Positions 1 through 6,545 of a stretch of DNA of 44,265 nucleotides are shown here, piece after piece. Below the pieces are notes generated by a model, which ran no database searches, had not been told where the DNA came from, and saw only the letters and a program-made list of their open reading frames with translations. The stretch's first letter is position 1. Every line of letters starts with the position of its first letter. This DNA is from a virus (Duplodnaviria > Caudoviricetes): IMG/VR virus record IMGVR_UViG_3300020044_006329, positions 1 through 44,265 of that record; one strand, given 5' to 3'. A program made the translations under genes and the position numbers.

Positions 1-46
1 AGATACATGAACCTTGGAATTCACTGCCGAACGAAAGAGGGAGAGC

Positions 47-277
47 ATGCCAGAAAAATACTCGACAGTCTTTATAGGGTATCGCGCATTGACGTTTTGC
101 GGCGCTGAAGTTGAAAGAATTAGGTCGTTGATATTTGAACACGGGGAAAATCTTGGGATGGTTATAGATAACTACTTGGGGTACTACGCCATGTTCGCTG
201 CCTCCGGCTCTATGGGAGGAGTCTACCCAACAAAACAAGAAGCGGAGTACGCTGAACGTGTGCTTAAGCTTATTTAA
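47..277 (+). CDS. hypothetical protein (76 aa)
   Basis: In-frame ATG at 47 preceded by GAGGGAG SD-like sequence; abuts thyX; no family recognised. Confidence 0.6.
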   Translation: MPEKYSTVFIGYRALTFCGAEVERIRSLIFEHGENLGMVIDNYLGYYAMFAASGSMGGVYPTKQEAEYAERVLKLI

Positions 278-279
278 GA

Positions 280-1116
280 ATGAGGACAAAGCAATTGAAG
301 AGAATCTCTGCAAAGGTAATAGCAGACTCTGTATCGCCTAAGGGTATCAGGCTTGTCACAATAGAGTGCCAGTTCCCTAGGTTTATCCTGGCGCAAGTGA
401 ATACACACCGTGTGTTCTCTAGGAACTCAGCCTCCTCTCGCGCCATTCCAATTCACAAGCGCCTGCAAGAGGTAGAGGAGGACCCGTATATCCCCATTCA
501 CCTTGGCGCTAACCAACCTGGGATGCAGTCTGGTCCCCAGGTTCCTGTGCAGCAAAGATGGGCGGCAGAGAATGCATGGAAAGCCGCTGCCGCCAATGCA
601 GTGTACTCTGCCAGGGTGATGGCAAGCGCCGGGGTTCATAAAGAGGTTGTGAACAGACTCCTGGAACCTTTTCTGTGGCACAAGGCAATCATCTCCGCGA
701 CAGAGTGGGAAGGCTTCTTCTCTCAGCGCCTGAATCACGATGCACAGCCTGAGATCAGAGAACTGGCGCGGGTCATGCGGGATGCGATTGACGCAAGTGT
801 GCCGTTGCATCTAGCCGAAGGAGACTACCATCTCCCCTATATTCAGCCCGAGGAACTGACTTCAGCGCCGAAGTTTACCTGCGTTGCGATGTCTATTGCC
901 CGGTGTGCCCGTGTCTCTTACTTGAATCACGACGGCACATACAGTGTACATAAGGACATGGACCTCTTCAAGAAGCTGAAGAATGCAATGCCTCCACACC
1001 TTTCTCCCTTTGAACATGTGGCTCGTCCCCTGACGAGCAAGGATGTGCAAAAGGGGAACTTCCATGGCTGGGTTCAGTTCCGGCATATTGTCGAGGAAGT
1101 TGTGGATATTCTGTAG
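280..1116 (+). CDS. thyX: flavin-dependent thymidylate synthase (ThyX/Thy1, phage type)
   Basis: ThyX signature variant THRVFSRNSASSR; HDAQPEIRELA; ARCARVSY; H-SPFEH. Confidence 0.93.
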   Translation: MRTKQLKRISAKVIADSVSPKGIRLVTIECQFPRFILAQVNTHRVFSRNSASSRAIPIHKRLQEVEEDPYIPIHLGANQPGMQSGPQVPVQQRWAAENAWKAAAANAVYSARVMASAGVHKEVVNRLLEPFLWHKAIISATEWEGFFSQRLNHDAQPEIRELARVMRDAIDASVPLHLAEGDYHLPYIQPEELTSAPKFTCVAMSIARCARVSYLNHDGTYSVHKDMDLFKKLKNAMPPHLSPFEHVARPLTSKDVQKGNFHGWVQFRHIVEEVVDIL

Positions 1117-1122
1117 CGCCAA

Positions 1123-1198
1123 GCTCCCGTAGCTCAGTGGATAGAGCGGTCGCCTCCTAAGCGACAGGCCGCAGGTTCAATCCCTGCCGGGAGCGCCA
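1123..1198 (+). tRNA. tRNA-Arg (anticodon CCT)
   Basis: Acceptor stem GCTCCCG/CGGGAGC, D arm AGCTCAGTGGATAGAGC, anticodon arm GTCGC-CTCCTAA-GCGAC, T loop GGTTCAATCC, encoded CCA; 76 nt. Confidence 0.96.
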
Positions 1199-1252
1199 AT
1201 ATTATGTAGAATGAGGTAATCCCTCAAATGCCCTGGCAACAGGGTTGTCGCG

Positions 1253-1299
1253 CAAGAAAGCCCACCCAGGATCGCATCCCAAGGTGGGCTTCTTGTTTT
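1253..1299. terminator. intrinsic terminator, likely bidirectional
   Basis: CAAGAAAGCCCACC pairs with GGTGGGCTTCTTG (inner GGAT/ATCC helix), then TTTT; lies between convergent units. Confidence 0.75.
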
Positions 1300-1307
1300 A
1301 GAACGGC

Positions 1308-1514
1308 CTAGGCGGCAGCTTCGTCCGTATTAGACTTCACAGCCGGGGTGCCGTTAACTTCACCCTGCAACCACGACCACGGGATGCGGTACACCTTGCC
1401 GAAGCGCCGGGACGGGATACGCCCATCACGAAGCATCTTGTTTACCATCGCCTTCGAGAGATTCAGGAAGGTAGCGGCTTCAGAGATCTTGGCGAGACCA
1501 ATATTGTTTTCCAT
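1308..1514 (-). CDS. excisionase-family HTH DNA-binding protein (HTH_17-like)
   Basis: ISEAATFLNLSKAMVNKMLRDGRIPSRRFGKVYRIP winged-HTH pattern; AAGGA SD. Confidence 0.88.
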   Translation of the reverse strand: MENNIGLAKISEAATFLNLSKAMVNKMLRDGRIPSRRFGKVYRIPWSWLQGEVNGTPAVKSNTDEAAA

Positions 1515-1527
1515 GCTTGAGTCCTTG

Positions 1528-1791
1528 TCAGTTTTCCTTAGAGAAGATTTCGCTCAGGCCGATCTGCTCACGCTTGGGGGTATTCGTGTTGTGCTTGGCG
1601 CTTTCGATGAAGGCAGCGATGTCAGAAGGCGCATACCGGATAGACTTCCCGATTCGGATAAATACCGGGCCTTCTTCACCCTTCCTGCTCCTAAACTGCC
1701 TGATCTTCACTACCGATACGTTTAGTATCTTGGCGACATCAGTCTCTTTCAGAAGAGTCTCGACTGCGCCTTTGTTCAACGAACTGCCCAC
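1528..1791 (-). CDS. AlpA/excisionase-like HTH protein
   Basis: LLKETDVAKILNVS...GPVFIRIGKSIRY; GTG start after AAGGAG. Confidence 0.88.
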   Translation of the reverse strand: MGSSLNKGAVETLLKETDVAKILNVSVVKIRQFRSRKGEEGPVFIRIGKSIRYAPSDIAAFIESAKHNTNTPKREQIGLSEIFSKEN

Positions 1792-2017
1792 GATTGCTCC
1801 TTGAGTGGCCTATGCCTGTTTCAGTATATAGTCTACCAGACTCAACATACTCAAGTACATCGGATTCTCTGTACCTTACAGCGCCACCAAGACGAATGAA
1901 GCGAGGTCCTCTTCCCTGTAGTCTCCATTTCCTCACGCTGGATATAGAGGCTCCAGTAAGGGTAGCTACCTCTACGTCAAACAGAAGGGGCTTGAGTTTG
2001 TCCTGGGTCTCTTGCAC
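1739..2017 (-). CDS. AlpA/excisionase-like HTH protein
   Basis: EVATLTGASISSVRKWRLQGRGPRFIRLGGAVRYRESDV; GTG 6 nt after a TAGAAT box (leaderless). Confidence 0.88.
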   Translation of the reverse strand: MQETQDKLKPLLFDVEVATLTGASISSVRKWRLQGRGPRFIRLGGAVRYRESDVLEYVESGRLYTETGIGHSRSNRGQFVEQRRSRDSSERD

Positions 2018-2046
2018 AGGTATATTCTAGCGCCAGGAGAATTGGC

Positions 2047-2220
2047 CTAACCCCTGCTCAACTCTCTCCACCAAGCAAGGTCCTTCTTCTTGTGCTCCTG
2101 GGTTGAATCACTCTCTCCCTTGAGGATGGCTCTCCGTTCGGCCAGGAGGGCGTCGAGAGGGTGCCACTTGCGGAACATGTCTGATACAGACCAGGGGTTG
2201 CTTGCTGTTTGCGTAGGCAT
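2047..2220 (-). CDS. small hypothetical protein (57 aa, MPTQTASNPWSVSDMFRKWHPLDALL...)
   Basis: Translated by hand (below ORF-track cutoff); upstream TACAAT box and AAGGA; same strand as the HTH cluster. Confidence 0.55.
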   Translation of the reverse strand: MPTQTASNPWSVSDMFRKWHPLDALLAERRAILKGESDSTQEHKKKDLAWWRELSRG

Positions 2221-2296
2221 AGAGTCTTTGTGCGAGGTCCTTTGATTACATTGTAGCGCCAGACTAACTATAGAATCGATTAGACAATAGGGGGTT

Positions 2297-2677
2297 CTAT
2301 TGGTTTCTCTTCCCTAATCAACAGTATCCAGACTCAAGAGAAACAAGCCTTACTGTATCCATCCCATCCATCAATCAGTCTTAGAGACAGGGATTGAGGG
2401 AGGTTAGGTGATTAGGTGACAAACCAATCTCTTTCAAAACTTTCCCTTCAGTTTCCAAGCTGAACTGCGACCATTCCAAAGTCCGCAGTGCGTCATCTCT
2501 TTGACCTGAAGCACTCCATTTATTCTCCAGGTGAATGCCGAAACATGGTACGAATCGGAACTCGGCGCTGGGCGTTACCCCAACCTTAAGGGAAAGAACT
2601 GTTGGACCGGGAGCTATCTCGATGGCTAATCTGGGTCCTGCAGCCACCACAACGTCTGCCAGATGGGCTTGCGCCTC
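2297..2677 (-). ncRNA. putative large structured non-coding RNA (~380 nt)
   Basis: Downstream of TTGCGC-17-TAGAAT promoter; many nested helices incl. long-range 2440-2448/2588-2596 and 2299-2320/2409-2428; GNRA-type loops; no credible ORF. Confidence 0.55.
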
Positions 2678-2683
2678 ACATCT

Positions 2684-2712
2684 ATTCTATGGCTGACATT
2701 CGTCTGGCGCAA
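2684..2712 (-). promoter_or_regulatory. sigma70-type promoter
   Basis: -35 TTGCGC (2712-2707), 17-nt spacer, -10 TAGAAT (2689-2684). Confidence 0.7.
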
Positions 2713-2725
2713 GAGAAAAGTGCCG

Positions 2726-2843
2726 TGTTATACTCGCCGTGTAGACCGTCCACTCCATCGATGTCCACAACCATCGGGACCTCCTACAACCCTGCGGTGC
2801 AAGCCCCCTCTTTCTTTCAATGGCTAGAGGGGGTTTCGCTTTT
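2726..2843 (+). ncRNA. putative ~100-nt small RNA with extended -10 promoter and terminator
   Basis: TGnTATACT at 2726-2734; hairpin AAGCCCCCTCT/AGAGGGGGTTT (2801-2836) followed by CGCTTTT. Confidence 0.45.
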
Positions 2844-3322
2844 CATGCCCTATTTTCCTTAATGAGCCTCTGTGCTTTGGCGAAGATGATGTTGCGAACA
2901 TAAGCCACGGCGCGGCCAGTATGGTTGATCGCCATGTCGTTTGTTATGCGAATAGTCGTAATCCCGTTCCTCAATAGGGCCGAATCTCGATGATTGTCCC
3001 GCTCGATCTGTTCTGGCGCATTGTGGTAGTCTCCGTCGATCTCAACGCACACGCCAATCGTTGGGAAGTAGAAGTCGAGGATGTATCCAAGAACAACCTC
3101 TTGGCGCAAGAAGGGCCAACTCCTAAGCCTACTTCTTCCCAGGCGATAGGCAAACGCTGCTTCTGCCATAGTGGGTTTCAGGAGTTGCCTTCTGGCTGTT
3201 TCGAACTTCTCTGGCTTAACGCGCTGCCTGAGGTTTTCGATATTGATCAGATTACCAGGGAGATTCTTGGCTCCTGGATTGCGGGGGTTCCCACGGGGGG
3301 TCAGTATTAAATCAATCTCCAT
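2843..3322 (-). CDS. DUF559 / Vsr-like endonuclease domain protein
   Basis: PTMAEAAF...FLRQEVVLGYILDF...VEIDGDYH...RDNHRDSALLRNGITTIRITND. Confidence 0.9.
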   Translation of the reverse strand: MEIDLILTPRGNPRNPGAKNLPGNLINIENLRQRVKPEKFETARRQLLKPTMAEAAFAYRLGRSRLRSWPFLRQEVVLGYILDFYFPTIGVCVEIDGDYHNAPEQIERDNHRDSALLRNGITTIRITNDMAINHTGRAVAYVRNIIFAKAQRLIKENRA

Positions 3323-3378
3323 ACAGAATTATAATTCGAATTCCCCGAGGTTTCTCATCCGCCTCCGAGTTGCCCCTA

Positions 3379-3407
3379 TTGCACAGCATGAACCACAGTA
3401 GTACACT
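3379..3407 (+). promoter_or_regulatory. sigma70-type promoter (leaderless transcript)
   Basis: TTGCAC (3379-3384), 17 nt, TACACT (3402-3407), ATG 6 nt later. Confidence 0.7.
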
Positions 3408-3413
3408 GTGTTC

Positions 3414-3806
3414 ATGCTATATCAGGAATGGATAGACTCCCTTAACCTGTCGGAGTTCATTGCAAACGCAGAGGAACAAGATCCTGGCGCTTACCTGTAT
3501 AGTGATGCGGCGGAGATTATTGGGGTATACCCAGACCTGAACCGCAAGGTCATCATGCGTAAAGAGGCGACCAAGTGGGAGCTTTTCCTTAAGGAAGGGC
3601 GTGTCGCTATGCGACAGACGTGCGCCTCCCCTTGGGGAGATCATCTTGTGCGGTGCGCGGAATACATGTACGGAATGCCGCCTGGAGGGTGGCAGATCAC
3701 CAAAAGGAGCAAGAGTGGAAAGAGACAAGCTGATCCAGCAAGAAGCAGAGAGAAGGTTGAGGCAGAGAGCGAAGAAAGGAGAGAAGATACCAGCCCAGCA
3801 GATTGA
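3414..3806 (+). CDS. hypothetical protein
   Basis: ORF with ATG at 3414 just after a promoter; no family recognised. Confidence 0.65.
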   Translation: MLYQEWIDSLNLSEFIANAEEQDPGAYLYSDAAEIIGVYPDLNRKVIMRKEATKWELFLKEGRVAMRQTCASPWGDHLVRCAEYMYGMPPGGWQITKRSKSGKRQADPARSREKVEAESEERREDTSPAD

Positions 3807-3975
3807 TGTGGCGCTGAAAGAAGAGCGTGATAGAGAGGAGGTAAAGGTGAAAGAGGGAGAGGCTTGGGTGGAATCAATCTCTGGCGCTATAAAGATGTTC
3901 AATGGAGGAAAGCCGTTCCTGTGCAACTATGTGGGGTTTAAGGATGGGAGAAGGACTTTTGAGATCGAGTATTGA
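3715..3975 (+). CDS. hypothetical protein (86 aa, MERDKLIQQEAERRLRQ...)
   Basis: GTG at 3715 with AAGGAG 5 nt upstream, in frame with track ORF 3601..3975. Confidence 0.65.
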   Translation: MERDKLIQQEAERRLRQRAKKGEKIPAQQIDVALKEERDREEVKVKEGEAWVESISGAIKMFNGGKPFLCNYVGFKDGRRTFEIEY

Positions 3976-3987
3976 TATTCTCGGTTT

Positions 3988-4254
3988 ATGAATTTGCCTG
4001 ATCGACCAGTTAACCTTATAACCGAACAGGACTTATCTCGATACACAAAAATCTCCGTGCCGTGCTTGAAGCACTGGAGGAGTATCGGGTACGGGCCGTC
4101 CTATTTGAAGTACAAGGGAAGAATTGTCAGGTATGATTTGCTGGAAGTCTTGAGGTGGGTGGACTCTTGTGTTGTGGAGCCTGGGGAGGAGCCAGGGGAC
4201 GGGATGAGATTGGTTGGAGGGGTTTACGAGATTGTTGTCTATGGAGGCAGGTGA
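3988..4254 (+). CDS. AlpA/excisionase-like HTH protein
   Basis: LITEQDLSRYTKISVPCLKHWRSIGYGPSYLKYKGRIVRYDLLEV. Confidence 0.85.
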   Translation: MNLPDRPVNLITEQDLSRYTKISVPCLKHWRSIGYGPSYLKYKGRIVRYDLLEVLRWVDSCVVEPGEEPGDGMRLVGGVYEIVVYGGR

Positions 4255-4257
4255 GTG

Positions 4258-4354
4258 TGGTAGTATTGAGGTGTTCGGGTAGAACCGACACTCCGAAAGT
4301 CTCCTATTGGTTTGGTGTACAGGGCTTGCCAGTAAACTAGGCATGCCCTTTTTT
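4258..4354 (+). ncRNA. putative ~85-nt small RNA ending in an intrinsic terminator
   Basis: TGnTAGTAT (4258-4266); hairpin GTGTTCGG/CCGACAC; terminator AGGGC-TGCC/GGCA-GCCCT + T6 (4321-4354). Confidence 0.45.
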
Positions 4355-4362
4355 TATCGGCA

Positions 4363-4656
4363 CTACTGGTTGCCGACAGCTTTTTCGACGTTGTACAGTC
4401 TGGCCTTGATGCCGTCTAGTTCGGCGATGTGCCTGTCGTTCGTCACATAGCTTTGCCCGACTCTCGTCATAATGTCGTCTGGCAGCTTGGCTATTTGGAT
4501 CTGGATCTTCGCCATCTCCTGGGTGAAGATTGTCTCTAGGCTTCGGATATTGCTCTCGGATGCAGCGCCATCTTTGTTGTATCGGTTCGTCAGTTGAATA
4601 ATTAGAACAATCGCGGTAATACCGATTGAGATCCAAGAAGTATCCATCAAAGACAT
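4363..4656 (-). CDS. membrane-anchored coiled-coil protein (holin-like)
   Basis: ATG at 4656 after AAGGGAG; N-terminal hydrophobic helix WISIGITAIVLIIQL then coiled coil; TAAAAT box upstream. Confidence 0.6.
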   Translation of the reverse strand: MSLMDTSWISIGITAIVLIIQLTNRYNKDGAASESNIRSLETIFTQEMAKIQIQIAKLPDDIMTRVGQSYVTNDRHIAELDGIKARLYNVEKAVGNQ

Positions 4657-4708
4657 TTCTCCCTTTTTGATTTTACCTTCGTGGCGCTGGGTGGGAGATG
4701 ATGGTGGT

Positions 4709-6250
4709 GTGAATATAAGGAATGTCCTCGCGGGGAAGTACACTCCGCAGCAGATCGACACCATTATCCAGAATGCGAAGAAGCTCCCGTACCACGAGCA
4801 GGTGGAGCTAACGAGCCTGCTTGAAGCGTACGAGAAGCAGTTGAAGGTCCAGGCGTGCCAGACCAAGTTCATAGACTTCGTCAAGGAGATGTGGCCTGCG
4901 TTTATTCCAGGTCGGCACCACGCCATTATGGCGGATGCATTTGAGAGGGTTGCTGAAGGCAAGTGTAAGCGCCTCATCATCAATATGGCACCGCGTCATA
5001 CCAAAAGCGAGTTCAGTTCATATCTTCTACCTGCGTGGTTCTTGGGTAGGTATCCTAGCAAGAAGATCATTCAAACGGCGCACACAGCGGAATTAGCAGT
5101 AGGGTTTGGTAGAAAGGTCAGAAACCTAGTCGGTAGCAGCCATTACCAAACAGTGTTCCCTGGAGTAGCCTTGTCATCAGATTCCAAAGCAGCGGGAAGG
5201 TGGAATACTAATAAGCAGGGTGATTACTTTGCTATCGGCGTAGGCGGCGCTGTGACTGGTAAGGGCGCAGATCTTTTAATCATCGACGATCCACACAGTG
5301 AGCAGGAAGCCGCTATAGCAGCGACAAACCCAGATATCTACGACAGTGTATACGAGTGGTATACGTCTGGCCCTAGGCAGCGTCTTCAGCCTGGAGGGTC
5401 TATTGTAATCGTGATGACGCGCTGGAGTAAGCGTGATCTTTGCGGACAAATTCTTAAGGCGTCAATGCAGCGGGATGGAGTAGACGAGTGGGAGGTAATC
5501 GAGTTTCCTGCCATTATGCCATCCGGCCAGCCGTTGTGGCCTGAGTTTTGGTCCATGGATGAACTCAATAAGATTCGCGCCGAACTGCCTGTCTCTAAGT
5601 GGTCAGCCCAATATCAACAGAACCCGACATCAGAAGAAGGTGCGCTTGTAAAGAGGGACTGGTGGAAGATCTGGGACAAGGAGGAGCCTCCAAACTGCGA
5701 CTACATTATTCAAAGCTGGGACACGGCGCTAACCAAGGGAACCCGCTCGGACTACTCTGCCTGCACGACATGGGGCGTATTCTACGACAGCGACTCTGAC
5801 GGGAAGAAGAGGACGAACATCATCCTACTGAATGCATTCCAGGATAAGCTGGAGTTTCCAGAGTTGAAACAGAAGGCGCTGGAAGAGTACAAGTATTGGA
5901 AGCCTGACTCGTGCATCATCGAAGCAAAGGCTGCTGGCGCTCCACTTGTGTTTGAAATGCGCCGTATGGGCATACCAATACAGGATTACACTCCATCACG
6001 AGGAAACGATAAGATTGCTCGTGTTAATGCTGTAAGCGACATATTTGCCTCTGGGTTTGTCTATGCTCCTCCATTGAGATGGGCGGAGGAGGTTATAGAG
6101 CAGTTTGCCTCTTTTCCTAACTCTGATCACGATGATCTTGTTGACAGTTCTACCCAGGCTCTGTTGAGATTTAGACAGGGCGGTTTTATCTCAACGCAGT
6201 CTGATGAAGATGAAGCGCCAATTTCAAGAAAGAAAGCAGATTACTACTGA
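4709..6250 (+). CDS. terL: terminase large subunit
   Basis: Walker A-like INMAPRHTKSE, Walker B LLIIDDP, nuclease QSWDTA and HDDLVDS; start (GTG 4709) uncertain. Confidence 0.96.
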   Translation: MNIRNVLAGKYTPQQIDTIIQNAKKLPYHEQVELTSLLEAYEKQLKVQACQTKFIDFVKEMWPAFIPGRHHAIMADAFERVAEGKCKRLIINMAPRHTKSEFSSYLLPAWFLGRYPSKKIIQTAHTAELAVGFGRKVRNLVGSSHYQTVFPGVALSSDSKAAGRWNTNKQGDYFAIGVGGAVTGKGADLLIIDDPHSEQEAAIAATNPDIYDSVYEWYTSGPRQRLQPGGSIVIVMTRWSKRDLCGQILKASMQRDGVDEWEVIEFPAIMPSGQPLWPEFWSMDELNKIRAELPVSKWSAQYQQNPTSEEGALVKRDWWKIWDKEEPPNCDYIIQSWDTALTKGTRSDYSACTTWGVFYDSDSDGKKRTNIILLNAFQDKLEFPELKQKALEEYKYWKPDSCIIEAKAAGAPLVFEMRRMGIPIQDYTPSRGNDKIARVNAVSDIFASGFVYAPPLRWAEEVIEQFASFPNSDHDDLVDSSTQALLRFRQGGFISTQSDEDEAPISRKKADYY

Positions 6251-6252
6251 CC

Positions 6253-6540
6253 ATGTTCAACCCTAATCAACTGACTACCATGGCGCAAGTCGATGAGACT
6301 GTCGCTCAACTGAATGCCGCCAATATCGGCGGTGGCGTTGCTGCTGTTTACATCCCCCAGTGGACTGGCCCCTTCCCTGAGCCGAGTGACGGTGGAGCCC
6401 GTCAGTATTGCCTGACGTACAACAATGGGTCCACTGGTCATAATGTTGGACTGATCCGAGTTACCATCGAGAATAACCCGAACACATGGCAGCAGATGCT
6501 TCAGGCTGATGCTGTCGTCACCGCCCCGAAGGAAGATTAA
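6253..6540 (+). CDS. hypothetical protein (95 aa) between terminase and portal
   Basis: Tightly packed ORF; shares motifs with an internal segment of the 28989..32468 protein. Confidence 0.75.
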   Translation: MFNPNQLTTMAQVDETVAQLNAANIGGGVAAVYIPQWTGPFPEPSDGGARQYCLTYNNGSTGHNVGLIRVTIENNPNTWQQMLQADAVVTAPKED

Positions 6541-6545
6541 CTGCA

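Noticed and set aside
1123-1198. tRNA as attachment site / prophage boundary
   Set aside because: Phage-type genes on both sides; no integrase or second long tRNA fragment in the window
1240-2794. 9-nt complementarity between sRNA cassettes 1 and 2 (CAGGGTTGT/ACAACCCTG), and a 12-nt match of cassette 2 to ~20329
   Set aside because: Too short to separate from chance without conservation data
2381-2862. Track ORFs 2381..2650 (-) and 2602..2862 (+)
   Set aside because: No SD or recognisable domain; they run through dense helices, promoters and a terminator, so a non-coding interpretation fits better
3700-3806. Programmed frameshift joining ORFs 3414..3806 and 3715..3975
   Set aside because: An AAGGAG plus GTG start at 3715 explains the overlap; no canonical slippery heptamer
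4657-4983. Upstream extension of the 206-aa minus ORF
   Set aside because: Antisense to terL; a good SD and ATG at 4656 define the likely real gene
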